In this document: positions 40,632-49,384 of the stretch, piece after piece
Numbering within the stretch: the stretch's first letter is position 1
Layout of the letters: every line of letters begins with the position of its first letter
Assembly: GCA_048938445.1 (NCBI GenBank)
Contig: JBHLME010000013.1
Span: 1 to 51,545, forward strand
Origin: Promethearchaeota archaeon
Lineage (GTDB): Archaea > Asgardarchaeota > Lokiarchaeia > Sigyniarchaeales > SOKP01
Direction: 5' to 3'
Length of the DNA stretch: 51,545 nt
The notes under the pieces: model-generated
Seen by the model: only the letters and a program-made list of their open reading frames with translations
The model's database searches: none
What the model was told of the DNA's origin: nothing
Program-made: the position numbers and the translations under genes

Positions 40632-41480
40632 TTATTTTTTTTTTATTTTATCCCAATAATGAGGAGAGTAGCGGCGATCGATATATAACTTATATAAGGC
40701 TAAATCGTTTTTATTTATCTTTGGTATTCGTGATTCTTTCTGAAGTTGGTCTATGAAATCTGCTCTAGAAATATCATAATAAAACTCCAGAATATCTTTC
40801 GCATTTTCGGCGATATTAATAAGTTTTGAGACTTCTTGTTGTAGAATGATTAATTGTTCATTTTTTACGATAATTTCGAGTGCTTTTCTTACAATAGTTT
40901 CTTCAAATTTTATTTTTTCTTTCCATGGAATTTGTATTATATTTTCAGGAGATTCGATAATGAACGCTCCATCTTCATTATTTATGACATCATCTATATC
41001 AGATTTTTCTATAAAATTAATTGGAATCGAGGAAGTTTTAGATTTCTCTGGAAAAATTTTATCGAAATAATTATCTATAATATTAACAGAACCTTCATTT
41101 AACTCGTTCTTGACAATGAAAATAGAATAACTAAAAATTTTTGCATGTAATAAATAAGTAAAACCAATTTCTCCAAACATATCAATATAGTCACTCAATG
41201 ATAAAATATCTTTTGTAATTTGTTTTTGTTCTTCCTGTGGACCCTTTAAATACTCTATTCTCTCGTATCCTCTTACATTTCCCTTGGTGTCAATAAGAAC
41301 TATGAATTGGTGCTCTTTACAGATTGCACCAGCCGGTACTTGAATTTTGACGACACCCCATTTTTTGTGAGAATAAACTGAAACCGGGACGTTGATATTA
41401 CCTACAGCCTTACAAAATGGGCATGAAATTTCTAAAGTATTTGTGTTATCTGCCATGAGAATTTTAAGCCTTATAAACAT
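40632..41480 (-). CDS. Hypothetical protein with N-terminal CxxC...CxxH domain
   Basis: ISCPFC...ICKEHQFIVLIDTKGNVRGYERI. Confidence 0.72.
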   Translation of the reverse strand: MFIRLKILMADNTNTLEISCPFCKAVGNINVPVSVYSHKKWGVVKIQVPAGAICKEHQFIVLIDTKGNVRGYERIEYLKGPQEEQKQITKDILSLSDYIDMFGEIGFTYLLHAKIFSYSIFIVKNELNEGSVNIIDNYFDKIFPEKSKTSSIPINFIEKSDIDDVINNEDGAFIIESPENIIQIPWKEKIKFEETIVRKALEIIVKNEQLIILQQEVSKLINIAENAKDILEFYYDISRADFIDQLQKESRIPKINKNDLALYKLYIDRRYSPHYWDKIKKK

Positions 41481-41637
41481 TAGATTATATCTAATACTAT
41501 ATTGATCCCCTTATAAAAATTTTCTCATTCTTACAAGATTTTCATATTTGGGGTGACATTCTCTTTTTAAAATTCATAATTATCATTGGTTAATGAAAAA
41601 TTATTAAAAATATTTCATACTATCATTTATTTATATA

Positions 41638-42501
41638 ATGTCTGGATTGGACTCAGAAGTGTATATATCGGAGATATTTTCATCATTTCAAGGTGAAGGA
41701 GGTACTGTTAGGGGGAGTTGTTTTGGAAAACGTCAAATTTTCATTAGGTATCAAGGATGTAATTTATTTAGGGGTGAATTTGGATCTCATGGCTGTTTTT
41801 GGTGTGATTCACCTCAAGCACGAGATCTACAACAAGACACGTTTCAGTATGAAATCGAACCTAATTCCCAAAAATTAAAAAAAGGAAAAAATCCAATCAA
41901 AATTTCAATAATTATAGATATAATTAGAAGTTTGATAACACGAGATTTACATTCCATAAGCTTTACTGGTGGTGAACCTTTATATCAAAAAGAACTAGTG
42001 GTAAATTTATCCAAAACTCTAAAGAAGCAAGGAATAAATTATCCATTGTATTTAGAAACAAATGGTTCAATTAAGATTGATGATGATATGATAAGTCAGC
42101 TCGCTAATAACTTTAGTTATTGCTGTTGTGACATCAAGGACAAAAGTTCTAGGGCAGCATCGAATGAAATGTATAATAATTTAATAAAGGCGGAATTAAG
42201 CTTTTTAAAAAAATTTGTAGATTTAGACGTGGATACATTTGCAAAATTAGTCATAACATCCCAAACTGAAATGAAAGAGATTGAATTAATAAGTAAACAA
42301 CTTTCAAAAATACAATATTCTGATGGACAAGTGATAGGATTGGCAATACAACCCGTTACTCTCGAAGAAGAAGAAAAAAGTAATAAATACTCTATTTCTC
42401 TTGAATTTTTAAATGATGTATTCCAAGCTGCAGCCTCTTTCATTCCTACCGAGAGCTTGACATTATCAATTCAGGCACACAAATATCTCAAACTCCTTTA
42501 A
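41638..42501 (+). CDS. queE: 7-carboxy-7-deazaguanine synthase (radical SAM)
   Basis: EIFSSFQGEG, CX11CX2C, SFTGGEPL, LETNG and C-terminal QAHK; adjacent to queD and queC. Confidence 0.9.
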   Translation: MSGLDSEVYISEIFSSFQGEGGTVRGSCFGKRQIFIRYQGCNLFRGEFGSHGCFWCDSPQARDLQQDTFQYEIEPNSQKLKKGKNPIKISIIIDIIRSLITRDLHSISFTGGEPLYQKELVVNLSKTLKKQGINYPLYLETNGSIKIDDDMISQLANNFSYCCCDIKDKSSRAASNEMYNNLIKAELSFLKKFVDLDVDTFAKLVITSQTEMKEIELISKQLSKIQYSDGQVIGLAIQPVTLEEEEKSNKYSISLEFLNDVFQAAASFIPTESLTLSIQAHKYLKLL

Positions 42502-42589
42502 TTATATTATAATGTTTAGGAGCATAAACTATAACAATTATGAATAATTCTTAATAGTAATTAAAGATTATATAGCAAATTGATTTTTA

Positions 42590-43045
42590 ATGAAATATAA
42601 AGTAATTGTAAATGAATCTAAAGTAAAATTCAGTGCTTGTCATTTTTTAAAAGAACACTTTAAATGTTCAAGACTTCACGGTCATAATTATTACGTGTCC
42701 GTAGAAATTACTGACAGTTTGGATGAGAACTATTTTGTGGTAGATTTTATGGAACTTACAAATGTCTTAAAAAAAATCGTTGAGCCTCTGGATCACTATA
42801 TTCTCATTCCAACTGAAGCAAAAGAATTTGTTATTAAAAAAGATAAGGAATCTGTAGAAATTAGTATGCCTACAAAAAGATATGTTTTTCCACTTTCCGA
42901 CGTGTGCTTCTTACCATTGCCTGCAACAACAAGTGAGCTCTTGGCAAAATATATTCACGATAAGCTAAAAGAAATTTATAAAAATAAAAAAATGATCGTA
43001 AAAGTGGGAGAATCTAAAAGTTCTATTGCCTCATATGAAGAGTGA
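42590..43045 (+). CDS. queD: 6-carboxy-5,6,7,8-tetrahydropterin synthase
   Basis: FSACH, CSRLHGHNY, VVDF, LDH and TSELLA. Confidence 0.9.
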   Translation: MKYKVIVNESKVKFSACHFLKEHFKCSRLHGHNYYVSVEITDSLDENYFVVDFMELTNVLKKIVEPLDHYILIPTEAKEFVIKKDKESVEISMPTKRYVFPLSDVCFLPLPATTSELLAKYIHDKLKEIYKNKKMIVKVGESKSSIASYEE

Positions 43046-43093
43046 ACTTTAATTAAATGAGTATGAAGGTAATTAAAAATTTATATAAAAAAT

Positions 43094-43753
43094 TTAGTTT
43101 GTTTCATAATCAAGCGGATCTTTTAATTTTGCTTTCTCAAAGGCTTCTAATCTCTCAACGCAACTACCACACTTCCCACAGGCTTTACTCCCTCCTTTAT
43201 AACACGTCCACGTTAAGGAATAATCTACACCTAAATCTCTTCCTCTTATTGCTATGTCCCCTTTATCTAAATTCGCATATGGTGCTTTTAAGCTAATTTT
43301 TTCCCAGTCACACAATTCTATCGCTTCATTTAATTTAGATATAAATTCTTTCCTGCAATCTGGATAAATCGCATGATCACCTGAGTGTGCTGCATAATAT
43401 ACTTCAGTTGCTCCTATTCCAATTGCATGAGAAACGGCAATACTAATCATTACCATATTTCTGTTAGGAACGACTGTTTGTTTCATGTTAGGTTCACTAT
43501 AATGACCTTCAGGAACTTCCCAATTATCTCTAGTTAGTGCTGAAGGTGCAATTTCATTTAAAAGAGTTAGATTTATAATTTTATGAGGTACTCCAAGTTT
43601 TTTACATGTTTCCTGAGCCATGATAATCTCTTTTTTGTGTTTTTGTCCATAATCATAAGTGATTGAATAAACATCCTTTTCCTGATGGATTAAATCATAT
43701 AGGAGCGTTGTCGAATCCATTCCACCACTTAGTATAAGAACCACTTTCTTCAT
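43094..43753 (-). CDS. queC: 7-cyano-7-deazaguanine synthase
   Basis: LSGGMDST, YGQKH, VPNRN, YPDCR and TWTCY...CGKCGSC.ER. Confidence 0.95.
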   Translation of the reverse strand: MKKVVLILSGGMDSTTLLYDLIHQEKDVYSITYDYGQKHKKEIIMAQETCKKLGVPHKIINLTLLNEIAPSALTRDNWEVPEGHYSEPNMKQTVVPNRNMVMISIAVSHAIGIGATEVYYAAHSGDHAIYPDCRKEFISKLNEAIELCDWEKISLKAPYANLDKGDIAIRGRDLGVDYSLTWTCYKGGSKACGKCGSCVERLEAFEKAKLKDPLDYETN

Positions 43754-43940
43754 GCAATCCTCTCTTATTACAAATCTTTCAATAGTTAAATAAGTAAATT
43801 CAATTTAATTAATAATTTTTAATGTAAGAATGTTAAAAATTTACAAATTTGTTAATGAAGTAACAAAAAATGTGAGTACCACTAACACGAACAAATATTC
43901 TATAACCAACCCTTTTTATTTAGCTAATGTTCATTTAAAT

Positions 43941-44073
43941 TAGATGGAAGGAACTCCGAATTAACCTGAATAAAACATTGGATTTCGCCCTCTTTTAAAC
44001 TCAAACTGGAGTTTAATACCTTCTTACCTTAATTATCTATTCGGGTTATGGTCTCTTTCCCTTCTATTTTTTT
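43941..44073 (+). ncRNA. Candidate structured non-coding RNA, family not recognised
   Basis: Nested stems (43962-43972 with 44038-44048; TAAACTC/GAGTTTA; end-to-end pairing). G-U pairs favour the + strand. A TATA-like sequence lies upstream and a T-run downstream. Confidence 0.35.
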
Positions 44074-44199
44074 CCCACTTTATAGAAAGATAGTAATATT
44101 GATATCATGATTGCTCTTAATTTGTGAACTCTCCCTTCTTTATTCTTAAGAATTGATAAAATAGTAGTTAATATAAAGTCAAAAAAATTTTGATAAATA

Positions 44200-44331
44200 A
44201 TGGATAATATATGTAAAGAATGTGGGATGATACGATCAAAAAAAGATCTTGTCCTTATGGAAGATGGCTCATTTTTATGTTTTGCTTGTTGGAATAAACA
44301 TGTAAAAAAGAATAATAGCAAAAATAACTAA
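44200..44331 (+). CDS. Small C4 zinc-finger protein (43 aa), not in the ORF track
   Basis: MDNICKECGMIRSKKDLVLMEDGSFLCFACWNKHVKKNNSKNN; ATATAAAG lies about 29 nt upstream. Confidence 0.7.
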   Translation: MDNICKECGMIRSKKDLVLMEDGSFLCFACWNKHVKKNNSKNN

Positions 44332-44375
44332 AGAAATGATTTGAATTTTGAATGGGAGGGAGCAATATTGAGTAC

Positions 44376-44591
44376 TTATTCGTAAGAAAATAGGAACGTG
44401 TAATTTTCTAATGAAAATTTTTTTATTTGTACCTCTTTATCTTCTTTTTTAGATTTTAGAAGAGGTATTTTGACGACAATCTTGTATGCGTCGAGATATA
44501 CATTGTCGTAAAAAATGCTTTTTCCCTTATCGAAATCAATAAATTTACTTAAAGTAAGCTCATCTTCTTCTAAAGGTGGTATTAATGACAT
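44376..44591 (-). CDS. Hypothetical small protein, paralog of 21684-21929
   Basis: FIDFDKGKSIFYDNVYLDAYKIVVKIPL aligns with HIDFDKNEKVLYNNLYFKGCKYVLKMPI. Confidence 0.65.
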   Translation of the reverse strand: MSLIPPLEEDELTLSKFIDFDKGKSIFYDNVYLDAYKIVVKIPLLKSKKEDKEVQIKKFSLENYTFLFSYE

Positions 44592-44985
44592 TTATTTTTT
44601 CTCTTATTTTATTTTCAGTTCGAGACTTATATAAATGGGGTTTCTTTTACTCCTATAAGTTTCTTACGGATTAGCTACAGGATTTCAATTATATATTCAA
44701 AGGGTTCTAATTTCTTCACTGTAGAAAGATATCTCAAGTTTTGCTCCCACTTAATGTGACCAAAATGGTCAATATATATCATAAAAAATGACATATTTAT
44801 ATGTTTCGACTTTTTTGTTCAAACAATCATTTAACCAAATTTTTTATTTATTAGCATTATGCCTTTTTAACCTATAATATATAACTCCTTTAAAAATGCT
44901 TTTAAATAATTATCAAATAAACCTGATTATAATTAACTTATATATAGTTTAAATCTTAAAAAACAATTAAAGGATAGTTTTTTAA

Positions 44986-45177
44986 TTGAATCCTTTAAAT
45001 AGACTTATAAATGGGGATCCACTAGATGAAAGAAAGCCTAATAAGGGAAAAATAGCTTATAAAGTGTTTTTCAAGAGTTTTTATGAGGTAATCGGCTAGA
45101 ATCTTGATAATGCATATCCATATAAAGAAATTCTTAGAGAATTGGATTTAGAATTTGTAATAAAAGATTTATATTAA
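44986..45177 (+). pseudogene. Probable remnant of an aldehyde:ferredoxin oxidoreductase C-terminus
   Basis: Reads NRLINGDPLDERKPNKGKIAYKVFFKSFYEVIG*NLDNAYPYKEILRELDLEFVIKDLY*. This resembles the AOR tail (P..GP.KG...YY...GW...G.P..E.L..LGL..V..DL), with TAG where Trp is expected. Confidence 0.5.
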
Positions 45178-45235
45178 TCCACATTACTTAAGAATAGGAT
45201 TTATTGAGTGTTAATAATCATTAATTCTGATAAAA

Positions 45236-45679
45236 ATGGAAGAATTAAAATCATTTATCAAGCAAATCACGAAGAATGCACGCAAATTAAGAGGAAAACA
45301 TTCACCCCTTTCAGAAATAGTGGATGATAAACCTAAAATTCTTAAAATAGAGAAAATCTATAATATAAAAGAAGAAAATAACATATTTCTATTCATTGTA
45401 AAGCATCACTCTAAAATACCAAAAAAAAGATATTTTCTAACCATTTCTATGGTGTCTCAAAGTTCTGATTTCTTAGCTAATTTAGCTAAAAAATATTTCA
45501 AGAATGATGAAAATATAAAATTGGTTCAATATTGTACATTTCCAGAAACCTCCCGGATAAATTTGTTAGTATTAAAAGAATTAAAGACACCAAGAGATTA
45601 TGAAAGTTCTTTAAAGTATTTAATAGATTCACGAAAGAATTATAGAAAAGAATTAATGAAGATAATCGATCAATTATAA
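45236..45679 (+). CDS. Hypothetical protein
   Basis: 147-aa ATG ORF, co-oriented with pyk. Confidence 0.65.
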   Translation: MEELKSFIKQITKNARKLRGKHSPLSEIVDDKPKILKIEKIYNIKEENNIFLFIVKHHSKIPKKRYFLTISMVSQSSDFLANLAKKYFKNDENIKLVQYCTFPETSRINLLVLKELKTPRDYESSLKYLIDSRKNYRKELMKIIDQL

Positions 45680-45762
45680 TCTGAACAATTATAAGGTCGG
45701 ACTTCATATAATGATCACATATTTTAAATTAGAAATTTAATACTTTTCTTGAGAAAGATATT

Positions 45763-47217
45763 ATGTTGTTAAGAGAGAATACCGTCAAAATAGTTTCAAC
45801 TCTAGGACCTGTATCAAGCTCAAAAGATATGTTAAAAAAATTATTTGATGCGGGAGTTGATATATTTCGTTTGAATTTTTCTCATGGAACTCATGAAGAA
45901 AAAAGAGAGTTAGTTGAGAGAATTCGTGAAGCAACACCATATATAGGTATTTTAGCGGATATTCAAGGACCTAAAATCCGAGTTGGTACTTTTAAAGAAG
46001 AATCATACACTTTGACTGTTGGGCAAGAAGTGTTGGTTTTTGAAAAAGAAATTGAGGGAAATGATCAACAATTTTCCATTCCACTTCCTGGATTTCTAAA
46101 ATCTCTCAAAAAAGGCGATTTTTTCTTTGTTAATGATGGAATCATAAAAATTCAGGTGGAACAAATTCTGAAAGACCATCTCATAGGGAAAGTCTTATCC
46201 GGGGGTTCTATAAGTGATAAAAAAGGAGTTAATATTCCAAGGGGGGAATTACAACAAAAAGTTCCAACTGAAAAAGATATTAAAGATTTAGAATTAATTT
46301 CCGAACTTGATCCTGAATACGTGGCAATATCATTTGTTTCTAGTGGAGATGATGTTTTACATGTAAAAAAAATTTTAGAAAATTATGGTAATAATCGAAT
46401 AAAACTCATTTCTAAGATAGAAAGACCAATAGCAATTACTAACTTCACTCAAATTTTGAATGTAAGCGATGGAATAATGGTGGCAAGAGGAGATTTAGGA
46501 GTAGAAATAGAACCCGATCAAGTACCTATTAGGCAAAAGCAAATGATATATGAATGCAATAAAGAAGGAAAACCTGTGATTGTTGCAACTCAAATGCTTG
46601 AATCTATGATAAATAATCCCATTCCCACTAGAGCAGAAGCCAATGATGTCTTCAATGCAGTTTTAGATGGTGCTGATGCTGTGATGTTAAGTGCAGAAAC
46701 AGCAGTTGGGAAATATCCGATAAAAGCCGTAAAAGCAATGAATAAGATTGCCGTTACAGCTAAAAACTACATTCCTAAAAGATCTCCCGATGATTATGAT
46801 TCAGAACGATTAACTCATACCCAAACTCTTGGACATGCAATTTATGATCTAGCACGTGAAATGGAAGCTTTGAATTTTCGAGGAAAAATTTTCGTGATAT
46901 CTCGCCAAGGATACGGTGCAAAAATGATAGCCAAATTTCGACCAGTTTTACCCATAATTGCGATAACTCCTTCTCAACGAACTGCTCGTGAATTGAATTT
47001 AGTATGGGGTGTTCAACCTGTTTATCTTGATAATCCTGATTTCTATAAACTGGATGTAGAAAGCATAATAGAAGAATCTGTTAAATATTCCGTTGAAATT
47101 GGAATGTTAGATGAAAATGAACATATTGTCATCCTTTTAGTCTCAAGAAAATTCGAAAAAAGAGGAAATATAATAGGATTATATTATGTCGGAGAAATTC
47201 TCGAAGCTTCTCCTTGA
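45763..47217 (+). CDS. pyk: Pyruvate kinase
   Basis: KIVSTLGP, RLNFSHG, DIQGPKIR, KIE, MVARGDLGVE, ATQMLESM and PTRAE. Confidence 0.97.
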   Translation: MLLRENTVKIVSTLGPVSSSKDMLKKLFDAGVDIFRLNFSHGTHEEKRELVERIREATPYIGILADIQGPKIRVGTFKEESYTLTVGQEVLVFEKEIEGNDQQFSIPLPGFLKSLKKGDFFFVNDGIIKIQVEQILKDHLIGKVLSGGSISDKKGVNIPRGELQQKVPTEKDIKDLELISELDPEYVAISFVSSGDDVLHVKKILENYGNNRIKLISKIERPIAITNFTQILNVSDGIMVARGDLGVEIEPDQVPIRQKQMIYECNKEGKPVIVATQMLESMINNPIPTRAEANDVFNAVLDGADAVMLSAETAVGKYPIKAVKAMNKIAVTAKNYIPKRSPDDYDSERLTHTQTLGHAIYDLAREMEALNFRGKIFVISRQGYGAKMIAKFRPVLPIIAITPSQRTARELNLVWGVQPVYLDNPDFYKLDVESIIEESVKYSVEIGMLDENEHIVILLVSRKFEKRGNIIGLYYVGEILEASP

Positions 47218-47413
47218 TTTTTAAATTATTAAAAATTATATTTTATATCATATAGCACGAACAATATCAAGTTTCATTAATATTTAAAAATATTATAAAT
47301 CATTTGTAGATTATATAATTTCACGAAATTAATAGGAAATTTTAATAATTACCTGATGTAATTATTAGGGGATATAAACCCTTATTATTTTATATTCACT
47401 GGGGTAGGGTTAT

Positions 47414-47719
47414 ATGGGTCAAGGTGTAAAAAATTTTTCTGACACGATTAAAGATTTAGAAGAACAATTAAATAGTTCATCGGATATCATCGTATCATTT
47501 AATACCAAATATCGAGCAGCCCAAGATAAAATTGATAAATTGAATTTAATCATGAAGGAAGAAAAACAAGAAATTAGATATTTAACCAAAGCTTTGAATG
47601 AATTATTAGAAAAACATGACTTATCACAGTTTAAAATAAATATAAATGATATAAGAATAATCACAAATTCAGAAGCTCTTGTTTTAATAAATAATGCAAT
47701 TCGCGCTCTTTTAAGTTAA
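47414..47719 (+). CDS. Hypothetical coiled-coil protein
   Basis: 101 aa with heptad-like L/I/K/E pattern. Confidence 0.55.
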   Translation: MGQGVKNFSDTIKDLEEQLNSSSDIIVSFNTKYRAAQDKIDKLNLIMKEEKQEIRYLTKALNELLEKHDLSQFKININDIRIITNSEALVLINNAIRALLS

Positions 47720-47742
47720 AAAATAAGAAAAAAAATAAATTT

Positions 47743-49131
47743 TTAAACAGCACTTGAAGCAGTAATTGAAATTCCTCCTGTTGTAGTACTAGAAGAAATT
47801 GTGTATCTACTAATTGCTGTATTATAATTTGTGGTTGTTCCTGAAATGAATTCTGGGCCAGTAGTATACGTTTCATCACCAGTTACCCAACTATTGGTAA
47901 ATCTCACTCCTATATTGGAAACCGTATCAATATAGTTAATAGTAACACCTCCAGTGACAGTAGTTAATGTTCCAGTCACATTCGCACCCATTTCGGTATA
48001 ATGTAGTATATTCATTGTAATACCGCCAGTTGTTGCTCCTAAATTCAAATTAATGTTTTGAGCATACTTGGCGTTATATGAATTAAGTGTCACTCCACCT
48101 GTCGTAGTACTTCCAGCAATATTGTCATTAAATTCGCAGCTTGTAAAGTTTAATAAAACTCCACCAGTAGTAGTCGTGCATGAAATTTCTCCAGTAAAAT
48201 TTGCATTCGTAGCGTATAGATTTACTCCACCTGTAGTAGTAGAGCATGAAATTTCTCCAGTAATATTAGCGTCGCTAGCATACAAATTTACTCCACCAGT
48301 CGTGCAAGACAAGCTAAGGTCATTTATTGTAGCCTTCTCGGATGCTATCAATGAAACACTTCCAGTTGTAGATGATGCACTAATGTCATAAACAACATCG
48401 GTTCTAAGTGTTACGGTTATTACATTATTCATCATTTTAATCCAGTTTGTTGGATCGACCCATGACCATGCGATACTAGTCAGAGAAAAACTAGCAGAAC
48501 TAGAATTTTCCCAACTCATAGGATTGAAGAAATTTTCATATTTCTTACCCGAAACAAAAAGACCCGAGACATACAAATCTACATCAACTTTCGCATAATA
48601 TTCTACGGGTGTGGCATTGTATTGGATATTGATTTCTGCTGTATCTCCATAAACAAGAATTTCTTCTATGGGAGAGGGAGATGCTGGACTATAATAGTAG
48701 GTAAAAGACTCTTCATAGGTTCCTTGAGTTATGAAACCAACCATGAAAAAACCAACTATTGCAAAAATAAGACATGATAACACAAACCCTACAATAAGAC
48801 CTTTTCTATAAGTCTTTTTTGCTTTTTTTTTAGCTTTAATTTCTTGTTTTTTCTTTTGTATGGCTTCTCTCTTTAAAACCTTTTTAGCAGCAATCTCCTT
48901 CTTTTTTTGAGCTACTTTTGCTGCTATTATTTCTTTCTTTTCAGCAATTTTCAATGCAATTTCCTCTCTTTTACTCATGTAATGTGGAGAAGGTATTGGT
49001 TCACTTGGAGTGGCAACATCAAATCTCTGTCCACAAGCAAAACAGAATTGTGCATTTGTTCTGATTTCAGAACCACAAAAAGAACAGAATTTTACTTCTT
49101 GATTATTATTTGGATTAGACATTTTTTTCAC
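47743..49131 (-). CDS. Zinc ribbon + basic helix + transmembrane helix + DUF4097-like beta-solenoid surface protein
   Basis: FCSFCG...FCFACG, a K/E/A-rich segment, one transmembrane helix and about 8 TTGG(V/I) repeats. Confidence 0.8.
   Translation of the reverse strand: MKKMSNPNNNQEVKFCSFCGSEIRTNAQFCFACGQRFDVATPSEPIPSPHYMSKREEIALKIAEKKEIIAAKVAQKKKEIAAKKVLKREAIQKKKQEIKAKKKAKKTYRKGLIVGFVLSCLIFAIVGFFMVGFITQGTYEESFTYYYSPASPSPIEEILVYGDTAEINIQYNATPVEYYAKVDVDLYVSGLFVSGKKYENFFNPMSWENSSSASFSLTSIAWSWVDPTNWIKMMNNVITVTLRTDVVYDISASSTTGSVSLIASEKATINDLSLSCTTGGVNLYASDANITGEISCSTTTGGVNLYATNANFTGEISCTTTTGGVLLNFTSCEFNDNIAGSTTTGGVTLNSYNAKYAQNINLNLGATTGGITMNILHYTEMGANVTGTLTTVTGGVTINYIDTVSNIGVRFTNSWVTGDETYTTGPEFISGTTTNYNTAISRYTISSSTTTGGISITASSAV
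48158..48300. repeat. 66-bp (22-codon) imperfect tandem repeat inside the DUF4097-like gene
   Basis: ACTCCACC.GTAGTAGT...GCATGAAATTTCTCCAGTAA occurs twice at a 66-nt period, plus a partial third copy. Confidence 0.8.
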
Positions 49132-49384
49132 TAAATTTGTTATTCATTGAATAAATAAAACCTAAAAATGAATATAAATGATTTTTAGTCCAATTTTTAA
49201 TTAGGAGTCCAATTTTTGCGTTTTTTTAGAATTAAAAAATTAAAATAATAATTATTATTTATTAAGCAATGTAAAATTCTTAATCCAAACTTTCAATTAA
49301 CATTAAATCGTGAGTTCTCAAACTTAAAGTTTAATAGATAATAATTATAAAATAATCATTTATCGAAAATAATAAAAATTTTTT

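Noticed and set aside
43754-43940. preQ1 riboswitch upstream of queC
   Set aside because: No class I stem/loop/A-rich tail consensus was recognised on the minus strand.
44064-44321. 85-aa minus-strand ORF in the track
   Set aside because: It is antisense to the 43-aa C4 zinc finger and has no protein-like features.
44675-44794. 39-aa minus-strand ORF (MSFFMIYIDHFGHIKWEQ...)
   Set aside because: No motif or paralog; it cannot be distinguished from chance.
44623-45016. Repeat AGACTTAT(AT)AAATGGGG at 44623 and 45001
   Set aside because: Only two imperfect copies; one overlaps a TATA-like element and the other lies in the AOR-like remnant.
45097-45099. In-frame TAG as possible pyrrolysine readthrough
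   Set aside because: It sits at an expected Trp (TGG to TAG) in a fragmentary frame, and no pyl genes are in the window.
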